Source of the DNA: Chthoniobacteraceae bacterium
GTDB lineage: Bacteria; Verrucomicrobiota; Verrucomicrobiia; Chthoniobacterales; Chthoniobacteraceae
DNA length: 64,000 nucleotides
Assembly (NCBI GenBank): GCA_040081625.1
Contig: JBEBGD010000011.1
Location: 28,785-92,784, forward strand
Direction: 5' to 3'
A model generated the notes under the pieces. The model was not told where the DNA came from. It saw only the letters and a list, made by a program, of their open reading frames with translations, and did no database searches. Of this stretch, positions 10,752-20,217 are shown one piece after another; positions within the stretch are counted from its first letter, which is position 1, and every line of letters starts with the position of its first letter. Position numbers and translations under genes: made by a program.

Positions 10752-13330
10752 TTCCTGAACATCGAGTTGTTACGATCGCCGGCACTGAGCACGTAGGCGA
10801 GCAGGTCGAGGATTTCATCCTTCGTCAGCATCGCGAGCAGCATCGGCGGCATGGGCGAAACGTGGCTGGGTTCGATGCTCTTCACCTCCTTGCGATCGAC
10901 GCCGACGCGCTGGTTCGGATCGGCGCCGTCGGTGTTCAGTTGCACCGTGTCGCCGCTGAGGTTGACCACCACGCCGACGATCTGTTCGCCATTGTTCTTC
11001 GTCACGACGATGGGCGCGAACTGCTCGTTGATCTCTTTGCTCGGGTTGATGATTTGATCGAGCAAGTCGTGCGGCGAGTAGCGGCCGCCCGAGCCGGTGA
11101 GGTCGGGGCCGGTCATGCCGCCTTCATTGCCGAAGCGATGGCACGTGAAGCACGCCGCCGCGCCGAACATCTTGCGCCCGTTGTCGAAGCTGCGGCCTTT
11201 CATCCCGGTCTTCGTGGCGGCACTCAGTTCGTCGAGAGTCCAGTTCGTCGGCGTCCGGCCGGCGAACATTGCCCCGAGGTTCTCGATCGGCGATTTGCGT
11301 TCGGGCTTCTTCGCGATCAGCGCGGCGAGCTCAGTGTTCTCCGAGTCGGTGAAGGTGGCGAGCGCGTCGGTGCGGATGAACTCGATGAACTTCTCGAAGC
11401 TCGCGCCGCCGCGATAGTTCGCGGCCTTGAGAAACCACTCGAGCTGCGCGGTGCGCGTGTCCTTCGTCCAGCCCGCCTTCAGCATCCGCAGGCTGCGTGC
11501 GTAATCGAGCTGCTCCTCCTGCGTCGGCGCGGCAGCGATCAAGGCCATGCCCTTCGCCGCGGTCGCGGGCGCTTGCAGGTAGGCGAGCGTCTCGCAGAGC
11601 AGCCAGTTTTGCTCGAAGGTCTTCGCCGGGAAGCGCGGATCGAGCTTCGCGATCAGTTTCGCGCGAGCCGCGTCATCGCAGCCGTCGAAGCGACTCAGCA
11701 CGATCTCGATCGTGCGCAGCGCGGTGAGCTGCGCGTCATGCGACAGCGCGGCGAGGTCGATCGAGAGCAGCGCGTCGAGCAACTTGGCGCGCATCGCGGT
11801 ATCGACAGGCTTCGTCTCGGCGTTGCGGAGCTTCGGGCACACGCCGGCGGCGCGGGCGAGCGCCATGAGCGCCTCGGGTTCCTTGCTCGCGAGCGCCTTG
11901 TCGGACCACGTCGCCACGGGCTGATGCTCGATCGCCGTGCGCGCCGCCCAGCGGATGAACCGATCCTTGTCGCCGAGATGCGGCCACGCGGTCTCGATCG
12001 CCTTCGCGTCCTGGCGGCCGTGGAAGGCTTCGAGCCGATGACGCAGATCGCGCGCGGCGCTCTTCGTCGGTTTCGAGTCGATGGGCGCGGTCGATTCGCT
12101 GCCGGTGTAAGTCACGCGATAAAGCCCCGACTGCACCCGCCGTCCGCCGATTGCGAAATACATCGCGCCGTCCTTCGGATGGATGATCGCGTCCGTGAGC
12201 GGCAGCGGCGAACCGCTGACGAACTCCTCCTTCGTCGCCTTGTAGCTCGCGCCGTCGGCCTCGAGATGGATCGCGTAGAGTTTTCCCCAGCTCCAATCGA
12301 GCGCGTAGAACGCGCGCTGATACTTCGCCGGGAACTTCGCGCCGTAGCCAAACGTCGTGCCGGTCGGCGATCCGGGGCCGATGTCCACGACGGCGCCGAG
12401 GTTGTCCGGATAAAACGCGGGCCGCTTCCCGGCGCCGTTGCGCCAGCCGAACTCGCCGCCGCTCACGACGTGATTGATCCGCGTGGGCCGATACCACGGC
12501 GTGTTGAAGTCGTATTCCATGTCCGCGTCGTAGGTGAACAGCTCGCCGTCGTGATTGAGCGACGCGTCGTAGATGTTGCGGAAACCGCACGCGACCGCGG
12601 CGAACTCCTTCCCGTCCGGCGACACGCGATAGATGATCCCGCCCGGCCCCACCACATCGCGCATGAAGCCGCGCCCATCGGGCAAGCGCGGCAGCAGATG
12701 ATCCTCGCCCCAATTCCGCGGCAGCGGCGACGACGCGCTCATCTGCGTCGGCTTCGCGCCATTGCCGCACACCAGATAGAGCGCCTTGCCGTCGGCCGTC
12801 GGCAGCACCGCGTGGACGCCGTGATCGCCCTTCGATTCGATCGCGCGCAGCAGCTCCACCTTGTCGAGCTGATCGTCGCCGTTGCTGTCGCTGATCCGAT
12901 AGAGCCCGCTCTGGATCTTCGCCTCGTAATCGTTCACGCCGATGTAAAGCGCGCCGAAGGCGAAGACCATGCCGTTCACCGCGCGGATGTCCGCCGGCAC
13001 CTTCTCGATCTTCGCCGCATCGAGCGACTGGCCCTGCGCCGGCGCGGGAAAACGATACAGCCCGCCGTATTGATCGCTCGCGTAGATGCGGCCCTTGTCA
13101 TCCGCGCAAAGATTCACCCACGAGCCCTGGTCGCCGCCGGGCACCGAGTAGAGCAGTTCGACCTTGAATCCTTTCAGCGTCTTGATGCGGCTGATCGGCG
13201 TCGCTTTGTTTTCGCCGATCGCCGGGCCGACGGCGTCCGGTCGCTTGGGCTTGGGTTGCTTGGCTTTCTGCGCCTGCGCGAAGGTCGCGAGCAGGCCGAT
13301 GGCGATGGCGGGGATGAGGATGCGTTTCAT
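10748..13330 (-). CDS. PVC-type putative membrane-bound dehydrogenase: propeller + HEAT-like repeats + C-terminal c-type heme domain
   Basis: Signal MKRILIPAIAIGLLATFAQA; GFKVELL, GFRNIYD, GSPTG; heme motif CFTCH followed by GPDLT...IINPS...SPMP. Alternative start at 13339. Confidence 0.88.
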   Translation of the reverse strand: MKRILIPAIAIGLLATFAQAQKAKQPKPKRPDAVGPAIGENKATPISRIKTLKGFKVELLYSVPGGDQGSWVNLCADDKGRIYASDQYGGLYRFPAPAQGQSLDAAKIEKVPADIRAVNGMVFAFGALYIGVNDYEAKIQSGLYRISDSNGDDQLDKVELLRAIESKGDHGVHAVLPTADGKALYLVCGNGAKPTQMSASSPLPRNWGEDHLLPRLPDGRGFMRDVVGPGGIIYRVSPDGKEFAAVACGFRNIYDASLNHDGELFTYDADMEYDFNTPWYRPTRINHVVSGGEFGWRNGAGKRPAFYPDNLGAVVDIGPGSPTGTTFGYGAKFPAKYQRAFYALDWSWGKLYAIHLEADGASYKATKEEFVSGSPLPLTDAIIHPKDGAMYFAIGGRRVQSGLYRVTYTGSESTAPIDSKPTKSAARDLRHRLEAFHGRQDAKAIETAWPHLGDKDRFIRWAARTAIEHQPVATWSDKALASKEPEALMALARAAGVCPKLRNAETKPVDTAMRAKLLDALLSIDLAALSHDAQLTALRTIEIVLSRFDGCDDAARAKLIAKLDPRFPAKTFEQNWLLCETLAYLQAPATAAKGMALIAAAPTQEEQLDYARSLRMLKAGWTKDTRTAQLEWFLKAANYRGGASFEKFIEFIRTDALATFTDSENTELAALIAKKPERKSPIENLGAMFAGRTPTNWTLDELSAATKTGMKGRSFDNGRKMFGAAACFTCHRFGNEGGMTGPDLTGSGGRYSPHDLLDQIINPSKEINEQFAPIVVTKNNGEQIVGVVVNLSGDTVQLNTDGADPNQRVGVDRKEVKSIEPSHVSPMPPMLLAMLTKDEILDLLAYVLSAGDRNNSMFRK

Positions 13331-13373
13331 TGGAGGCATAGAGGGATCGATCGATGGAGAGATTGGGCCGCGT

Positions 13374-15503
13374 TCATTCTGCCGGCCAGCTTCGCGTTTG
13401 CTTCGCGAAAGGAAGCGGGTCTTGCAAGTCGGGGATGCCGTCCGCGTCGGCGTCGTCGGGCTTGATGCGCGGCCACGCCGGCGGTGGTTGGTTCTCGATG
13501 AGCTTCCACAACCGGCGGGCGAAGTCGCCGCGTGTGAGCTTGTCGACGACGGGCAGATTGAAGTCGTAGCCGGTGCAGAGTTTGAGCACCGCGTTTCGCC
13601 ACTCGTCCGTGGCCGGAGCATCGGGCTGGAAGTCCACGTCGCGGCGCGACATCGGCAGCAGCCCTCGCGCGGCGAGACGGTTGATCGCGACGAAGGCGGG
13701 ATGCTCCGCGGGCAGGTCGCGATATGGCCAGAGCAGCATCGGCACGCCTTCGGTGCCGCCGCAGAGCGCGTGCTGCACTTGCTCGACTCGCGCGCGATCC
13801 CACGCGAAGTCGCGCGGCTGGCGGTCGTCCTTCAAACAAAGCGCCGCGACCGCAGCGGCAGCCTGGCCGATGTGGACGCGATGATCGTGCAGCCGGACCG
13901 CGGCGCTGACGATGCTGCTGAATCCGACATTCCCCTGCGCGCCGATCAGCCCATCCATCTCCGCGGGGACGAGGCTGCGCAGCGGGAAGACGCTGCGATC
14001 GCTCAGCATGTGGACGCCGCGTCCGGGCTTCTCGTAGTGCGTCCAGGGTCCGGACGTGCCTTCGGTTTTCAAGTAGGTGCGGCCGGTGTCGTGGAAGTCG
14101 TAATGAAACTGCCAGCAGAATACGCCGTCGGGATACATCACCTGCGCGAACGCCTCGCGCGCGGCTTCCTTGCTGGTGCCGTCGGTATTCAGCGCGTCCT
14201 GCTCGCGCATCATGTAGAGCGCCTTGAGGCGCAGGCTTTCGCGAATGTAGGGCTTCGGCGGAAGATGGTCCGGCGTGCCGAACTCGGTGCTGAGATGAAA
14301 GCGTCGCAGGCTGTTCGCCGTGTCCTTCGCGCGGTCATGCACGTAGGTCTGCAAGTGACGCAGCAAGCCGAGCGAGTGCGCCTTCGCGTCATCGAAAACG
14401 ATCTGCCGCTGCGCGCGCGTCATCAGCACGAGGTTCTTCGTCGAAGCGTCCGGCTCGGTCGCGTCCAGCGCGTCGGCGACGTGCTTCGGCAGGCGCTCCA
14501 GCGGATAGTCCTGACCGTTGGCGTAGCAGATCAGCGCGGAGGTGATGCCGTCCTTGCTCGTGCTGCCCTCGACGATCCGGCGCATGGTGAGGATCGACGA
14601 CTGCCGCGCCGCCGCCTTGCCCGCAGGCGGCCATGGCGCGATGCCGCCAGCGCGCATCTTCTGCTCCCAGCTCAACTTCGTCGCATCCTTCTTCCCCATC
14701 GGTGTGCAACGCAGATAACGCCGCGCATCGTAGTGCGGCGGCTCGGCGATCGGCGTGTCGCCATCGCTCTGCTCGACGATGAGCGTCCACGTGATCGGGT
14801 TCATCTCGTTCGGCGGCATGAGGCTGATGTCCTCCGCCGCGCTCGGCTCACCGTAGCGTGAGCGCGGATCGGGGCCGACTTCAAACGCCGCGCCGGAAAG
14901 CTGCACGACCTCGCCCCAGTCCGACGCATCGATTGTGATCGCCGCACGCACGTTGAGTTCCTGCGCCTTGTCCTTGAGCGAGCGAAACTGCACGCCGGCG
15001 ACGCGCCGACCGTCATCCGACTTGAACGCGGCGATGGGTGCGAAGTTCATCATCAAGCGCACCTGCCCGCTCGCGATGTAAGGCTGAAGCATCTCGCGAA
15101 AGATCGCCTCCGCTTCCGCCGGACGAAACGTCGTCGGCCCGTGCATCGGTCGGCCCGGCATCGGCGAGCCATAATTCTGCGTGTTGAACGCCTCGATGCG
15201 TTCCATCAACTCTTTGAACAATCCGAAGCGATGAAACGAACGTTTCATCGGGTGCCACTCCGGCCCCCAGCCGACCTTGCCGTTGCCTTTGTTCTCATCG
15301 ACGCACGCGAGGCCTTGCTCGGTGTATTGCCCGCCGAGCCAGTCGCCATCATGGACGATCGCGATCGACTTCACGCCCATCCGCGCCGCCTGGATCGCCG
15401 CCGCCCAGCCCGATTCGGTGCCGCCGACGATCAGCAGATCGGCCTTGAGTGTCTCGCCCACAGCGATGCTCGCGAACAGCAGGCTGAAAACGAGCGACCT
15501 CAT
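13374..15503 (-). CDS. Secreted FAD-dependent oxidoreductase (FAD_oxidored-like) with SLH-like and acidic Ca-binding C-terminus
   Basis: DLLIVGGTESGWAAAIQAAR, LGGQYT, IDASDWGE, PYIRESLR, PLRSLVP, GQAAA; C-terminal DLPAEHPAFVAINRLAARG, LTRGDFA and DADADGIPD. Confidence 0.85.
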   Translation of the reverse strand: MRSLVFSLLFASIAVGETLKADLLIVGGTESGWAAAIQAARMGVKSIAIVHDGDWLGGQYTEQGLACVDENKGNGKVGWGPEWHPMKRSFHRFGLFKELMERIEAFNTQNYGSPMPGRPMHGPTTFRPAEAEAIFREMLQPYIASGQVRLMMNFAPIAAFKSDDGRRVAGVQFRSLKDKAQELNVRAAITIDASDWGEVVQLSGAAFEVGPDPRSRYGEPSAAEDISLMPPNEMNPITWTLIVEQSDGDTPIAEPPHYDARRYLRCTPMGKKDATKLSWEQKMRAGGIAPWPPAGKAAARQSSILTMRRIVEGSTSKDGITSALICYANGQDYPLERLPKHVADALDATEPDASTKNLVLMTRAQRQIVFDDAKAHSLGLLRHLQTYVHDRAKDTANSLRRFHLSTEFGTPDHLPPKPYIRESLRLKALYMMREQDALNTDGTSKEAAREAFAQVMYPDGVFCWQFHYDFHDTGRTYLKTEGTSGPWTHYEKPGRGVHMLSDRSVFPLRSLVPAEMDGLIGAQGNVGFSSIVSAAVRLHDHRVHIGQAAAAVAALCLKDDRQPRDFAWDRARVEQVQHALCGGTEGVPMLLWPYRDLPAEHPAFVAINRLAARGLLPMSRRDVDFQPDAPATDEWRNAVLKLCTGYDFNLPVVDKLTRGDFARRLWKLIENQPPPAWPRIKPDDADADGIPDLQDPLPFAKQTRSWPAE

Positions 15504-15506
15504 TCG

Positions 15507-15809
15507 TTACTGCTCCGCCGCCGCGCGCCGGAGCGACTCGACGTGATAGTCGAACCACACCGCCTTGAACGTCGCGATCATCTGCTTCTGGTTGTGATCG
15601 AGTCCCTCGATCTCGATGTAGGTGTGATCGACGCCGTGCTTGAGTAGCGCGTTGTGAAAGTCGCGCACCGTCGGCAGATGCCCGTCGTCCTTCGTCCCGC
15701 ACGCGACCTGCGCGACCCACATGCTGTCGTCGTTTGCCTGTTTGGCCGGCGCCGCAAGAGATGGTGCGACGGCGAGGGCGAGCGCGAGTGAGATGAGGAT
15801 AGATTTCAT
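15507..15809 (-). pseudogene. Signal peptide fused to the C-terminal fragment of an alpha/beta-hydrolase esterase (probable in-frame internal deletion)
   Basis: 100 aa; after the signal comes VACGTKDDGH...FHNALLKHGVDHTYIEIEGLDH, resembling the Asp/His end of esterases; no GxSxG motif. Confidence 0.55.
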
Positions 15810-15818
15810 TGAGCCAAC

Positions 15819-17318
15819 TCAGTCCGGGATCGCGTCGCTGCGCTTCACCGTCTTGCCTTCCCACACGGCTTCGTCGGTCGCCTTGTCGTAGGTGAGAATG
15901 CGGTTGGCGCTGCCCGGCGCGGGCGGTAGATCGATCTTTGGCAGCCACTTCTTGTGCGCGGCGATGACGGCGGCGTGCTCGCTGTGGCCGGCGAGGTTGG
16001 TCCATTCGTTCGGGTCGGCCTTCATGTCGTAAAGCTCCTCGCTGCCGTCAGCGTAATGGATGTAGCGCCAGCGTTCGCTGCGGATGCCGTGGTTGCCCGT
16101 GTTGTGCGAGGTGATGGCGGGGCGCTCGCGCTTCGCGGCGGCATCTTTGAGCTGCGGCAGGAGGCTGAGTCCTTCGAGATCGCTGCGCGGCGGCAGGCCG
16201 GCGAGGTCGATGAGCGTCGGATAGATGTCGAGCAATTCGGCAGGCTGCATCACGCGTCCGCCTTTGCTCACGCCGGGCCCGGCGAAGATGAGCGGCACTT
16301 TCGTCCCGCGATCCCAGAGCGTGTTCTTGCCGGTGATTTCCTTTTCCCCGAGATGCCAGCCGTGGTCGCCCCACACGACGACGATCGTGTTGTCGGCGAC
16401 GCCGGCTTCATCGAGCGCCGTGAGCAGGCGACCGATCTGCGCATCGACGAAGCTCGTGCAGGCGAGGTAGCTGCGGACGAGGTTGCGCCACTGCCCGCTC
16501 TCGCGCACCCACTTCAGCCGCGGCTCGGGCAGGTTCCAGTGCAGATACCACGAGAAGCGCGGCGTGTCGGCGCGGTCGTTCGGCTGGATCGCGGGCAGCA
16601 CGCTGTCGTCGTCGGGGTAAAGGTCGAACCACTTCTGCGTCGCGTAGCAGGGCACGTGTGGCAGGAAAAATCCCGCGGCAAGAAAGAACGGCTGATCCTT
16701 CGGCGCGCTCTTGATCTGCTCCACCGTCCACGACGCGACTTGATAGTCACCCTTCACGGTGTCGTCGTTGTCGAGCGGCCACACGCCCCAGTCCATCAGC
16801 GGATGATCGCCCATCGGCGCAGGCGGGATAAGCTTCTTCGGCGGTTTCGCGCCGACGCCGCCATAGGGTGCGGTCACTTGAAACTCCGGCTTTGCATTCG
16901 CATCCGCCTTCCCCTTGCCCCGCCCGCCGCCGCCGGTGCCGCCGTGATAGATTTTCCCCGTCGCGAGCGTGCGATAACCGTTGTTCGCGAAATGCTGCGG
17001 CAGCGCGACGCGATCCTTCCACTCCGGCAGCGTGCGAAACCACGGCGCGAGCCCATAGATGCCCGTCGTGGTCGGGCGCAAGCCGAGCAGCAGGCTGGTG
17101 CGCGACGGATTGCACAGCGGCGCCTGACAGTGCGCATTCAGGAACGTGGTGCCACGCGCGGCGAGCTTGTCGAGGTTCGGCGTCTTCGCCATCCGATGCC
17201 CGCCCATGTGGCCGATCCAGTCGTTCTGGTCGTCGATGGCGATGAAGAGGACGTTCGGCTTTTCGGCTGCGCCGAGCGTCGCGATCGCGACGAGGAGGAT
17301 GAGGAGCGTGTGTTTCAT
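15819..17318 (-). CDS. Sulfatase (S1, iduronate-2-sulfatase-like)
   Basis: PNVLFIAIDDQND, CNPSRTSLLLG, GKIYH, GDHGWHLGEK; ATG 17318 overlaps the upstream TGA. Confidence 0.93.
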   Translation of the reverse strand: MKHTLLILLVAIATLGAAEKPNVLFIAIDDQNDWIGHMGGHRMAKTPNLDKLAARGTTFLNAHCQAPLCNPSRTSLLLGLRPTTTGIYGLAPWFRTLPEWKDRVALPQHFANNGYRTLATGKIYHGGTGGGGRGKGKADANAKPEFQVTAPYGGVGAKPPKKLIPPAPMGDHPLMDWGVWPLDNDDTVKGDYQVASWTVEQIKSAPKDQPFFLAAGFFLPHVPCYATQKWFDLYPDDDSVLPAIQPNDRADTPRFSWYLHWNLPEPRLKWVRESGQWRNLVRSYLACTSFVDAQIGRLLTALDEAGVADNTIVVVWGDHGWHLGEKEITGKNTLWDRGTKVPLIFAGPGVSKGGRVMQPAELLDIYPTLIDLAGLPPRSDLEGLSLLPQLKDAAAKRERPAITSHNTGNHGIRSERWRYIHYADGSEELYDMKADPNEWTNLAGHSEHAAVIAAHKKWLPKIDLPPAPGSANRILTYDKATDEAVWEGKTVKRSDAIPD

Positions 17319-18811
17319 AGTGCTTTCAAAACTTCGACCGCCTTCGCCTCGAAGATCCGCTGCCACTCGGGCGCGACGAGCGTGTCGCAGTCCTCCTGCG
17401 CGTAGCCGGTGTTGCCGCGCTGCGCGACGGTCGGCGTGTAATAGATGTAGCCGTTCGTGTAGCCGGCGACGAACGCGTGCGGATCGTTCGCCTCCTTCTT
17501 GATGTTCAGCCCGACTTGCACGGTCACTTCGCCGGGAAAGGTCACGAGCTTGAAGTCGCCGATGCGCACGCCGCAAATCTCGACCTCCAGCGTCGGCTTC
17601 CCCGCGGCCTGCGTTTCCGCGAGGTGTTTCTTGAGCAAGGCGAGGTTCGTGTTCAGCCGCGTGAGCCGCTCCATCGTCGCGAGGTTTTGCAGGTAAGCTT
17701 CGACGCTCGCGCGGTTGTCCGCGTCGAGCTGCTCGATGCCTTTTCGCCCGAGCGCCTTGTCGTGCAAATAGCTCTGCGCGAAGTGCGACGGGAAGTCCGG
17801 CCAGAGCCTCTGCTCAATGAGCAGCGGCAGGAAGGTCTTAAAGCTGATGTTCGTCGGCCGCAGCGACGCGAGCAGCTTCGTCTGCTCCGCCTGGATCGCC
17901 GAGATACGCCGCTCGTAGTCCGCCGCACGCGGCACGGAGACGACCTCGTTGCTCACCTTCAGCTCGCCACCCGCCTTCGTCGCGATCTGCCGCACCGCGC
18001 CCAGCACACTCGCGCCGAGCATCGTCCCGAGCGGCTCCGCATCCGCGGGCCGGCTCACTTCCTTGTAGCGCACCGGATTGATGTCGCCGCCGCAGCCCTG
18101 CACGAAGAACGCGACTGCGCCGCCACCGAGCGCCTCCTCGATCACCTTCGACGCGAAGCCCGGGAAGTCCGCCGAGTTGCCCTTGCTCGGCGGGTTCATG
18201 ATTGGGTGACACGCGAAATTGTAGAGCACCGCGAGCGGCGAACCGTCCGCGCGATCGAGCCGCAGAAGACCGACCTGCGGGTCGATCGGCCCCACGCCTG
18301 CCACGTCTTCATCACGCGGCATCGAGTAAGCGCGGCGCATGTCCACCTCGCTGCCATCCTTCATCAAGATTCGCCGGTTCTCGCTGATCCGATCCTCGTG
18401 CCCCGCGCCCGCGCCCGTCTTGACCGGCACGAGGTTCTTCACCGCGTCCTTCACCGCCTGCACTACGAGCTGCGCGGTGTCGGCGCGCACGACGCCGTGG
18501 CAGTGACTCGCATTGATCACCACGCTCGATGGCGGAACACCCAGCTCGCTCTCCAACTTCGCCCGCACCCCCGGCAGGAAATCATCCCGGACGCGCCCGA
18601 TCCCGCCGATCGCCACCGCGTCGATCGTCACGACCACGACCGTGGTCCTCTCGCGCTTCAAGACGAGCGCCTTCGCAAACAGCGGATCGTTCACCGGCCC
18701 GGCAGCCCGATCGGTGATGTCCACCTTCGCCACGCCGGCGAGCAGATCCACGGCTGCCGCTCTCGCGAGAAGCAGCGTCGCAAGGAGAACGAGAGCGCAC
18801 AGCGTTTTCAT
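17315..18811 (-). CDS. Neutral/alkaline ceramidase-like amidohydrolase
   Basis: AGVAKVDIT, DPLFAKALVL, NASHCH, NFACHP, SADFPG, GCGGDINP, PGEV, NGYIYYTPT; signal peptide. Confidence 0.82.
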   Translation of the reverse strand: MKTLCALVLLATLLLARAAAVDLLAGVAKVDITDRAAGPVNDPLFAKALVLKRERTTVVVVTIDAVAIGGIGRVRDDFLPGVRAKLESELGVPPSSVVINASHCHGVVRADTAQLVVQAVKDAVKNLVPVKTGAGAGHEDRISENRRILMKDGSEVDMRRAYSMPRDEDVAGVGPIDPQVGLLRLDRADGSPLAVLYNFACHPIMNPPSKGNSADFPGFASKVIEEALGGGAVAFFVQGCGGDINPVRYKEVSRPADAEPLGTMLGASVLGAVRQIATKAGGELKVSNEVVSVPRAADYERRISAIQAEQTKLLASLRPTNISFKTFLPLLIEQRLWPDFPSHFAQSYLHDKALGRKGIEQLDADNRASVEAYLQNLATMERLTRLNTNLALLKKHLAETQAAGKPTLEVEICGVRIGDFKLVTFPGEVTVQVGLNIKKEANDPHAFVAGYTNGYIYYTPTVAQRGNTGYAQEDCDTLVAPEWQRIFEAKAVEVLKAL

Positions 18812-20217
18812 TTCAGTCGGTCGAACAGTTCCGCCAACGCCGCGACGACCTTCGTCGATGCATCCACTTCGAGGCAGCTCGATCGCGCGCGCCACGTCTC
18901 GTAACCGCCGAGCCGATGGTGCTCCGGCGTCGGGAGGTAGGCGTTCGCTAGCGAGACGGTGAACGTCTGCGCATGGCGCTTCCGCAGCCCAAGGCCGATC
19001 TCGACGAACACCTCCGCCGGAATCGCCGGCACACGCAGATCGCCGATCTTGAGCACCTGCAGCGGCGCGGACACTTCCGGCGGAAATTCGCTGAGCAGCA
19101 CCGTCTCGCGCGCATAGACCTGATCGAGCGTTTCCATCCGCGGCAGGGACTTCGATTGCTTCATCACCTCGCGCGCCTTTGTGACTTCATCACTCGTGGG
19201 CAGGCGCAGAGCGAGCGGGATTTCCTTTTGCGCGACCGCGAGCGGCACCCAGTCGTGATACGTCAGCGAACCGCACACGCGCGCGACTTCCTCCGCCACG
19301 TCGTTCGCGACGAGCTTGATCTGGCCATACGGCGGCTGCTTCGCCTGGCCGCCGCGGAAGTCGATGTTGTTGATGTCGCCGCTCGCGCCGTTCGACATGA
19401 TGCCGACGAAGGGCGGGTCCTGCCGATCCGCGCTGAGCAGCTCCTGGATGCGATCCGCGAAAGCGCCGAAGTAATCCGCCGAGATGTGGCCGGGGCCGAC
19501 GCCGCCGACATAGTGCAGCGAGTAGTTCGCAAACAGCGCGATGGGTCGCTTGTCCGGCGATTGCACCGAGATGAACCACACCTGCGGATCGGTCGGCCCG
19601 GCGGGCTCGACGAGATTCGGATTCTTGATGCCGGGATTCGTGCGCACCTGATCGGTGGTGACGCCGAGCGGCGTCGGTGGAATGCCGGCGGGCTTCATCC
19701 GCCAGCGGCGATTGAAGACGTGCTGCGGAACATTGCCGAATCCCCAGCCGATGCGGGCGGGTGCGAGATTGTTCAGCGCGCGCATCACGCCGTCGGCGAT
19801 ACGAATCGCAACGAAACGCTGATACGCCGGACTCGGCTCGCTCTGCCCCACGGCGGTGAGTGTGCCGCACGAGTGCGAGTGCGTGGCGGACATCATCATG
19901 TGCTCCATCGGCAGTCCGGTCGCCGCGCTCACCATGCGCTTTGCGTCGTCGAAGATGCCGCGCCCGATCACGCAACTGTCCGCGACCACGAGCACGAGCT
20001 TCGTCTGCCCGTCGTCGAGCGCGAGGCAGCGAGCGTGCAGCTCGTCGTGGATGAAGGCAGCCTTGCCGTCCTGGAAGCCACCGTTGATCGAGCTGCCGAG
20101 ATCGGGCGTGATGTTGCTCGTCGCCGCGCCAGCGCGGAAGACGCGCGCCGGATCGGCGGCGTGAAGCGTCGCGAAGGCCAGGACGAGTAGCGTGGCGAGT
20201 GGGCGGAGGGTATTCAT
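18808..20217 (-). CDS. Neutral/alkaline ceramidase-like amidohydrolase
   Basis: AGAATSNITP, HDELHARCLAL, ATHSHS, NYSLHY, SADYFG, GASGDIN, GGYETW; signal peptide. Confidence 0.85.
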   Translation of the reverse strand: MNTLRPLATLLVLAFATLHAADPARVFRAGAATSNITPDLGSSINGGFQDGKAAFIHDELHARCLALDDGQTKLVLVVADSCVIGRGIFDDAKRMVSAATGLPMEHMMMSATHSHSCGTLTAVGQSEPSPAYQRFVAIRIADGVMRALNNLAPARIGWGFGNVPQHVFNRRWRMKPAGIPPTPLGVTTDQVRTNPGIKNPNLVEPAGPTDPQVWFISVQSPDKRPIALFANYSLHYVGGVGPGHISADYFGAFADRIQELLSADRQDPPFVGIMSNGASGDINNIDFRGGQAKQPPYGQIKLVANDVAEEVARVCGSLTYHDWVPLAVAQKEIPLALRLPTSDEVTKAREVMKQSKSLPRMETLDQVYARETVLLSEFPPEVSAPLQVLKIGDLRVPAIPAEVFVEIGLGLRKRHAQTFTVSLANAYLPTPEHHRLGGYETWRARSSCLEVDASTKVVAALAELFDRLK

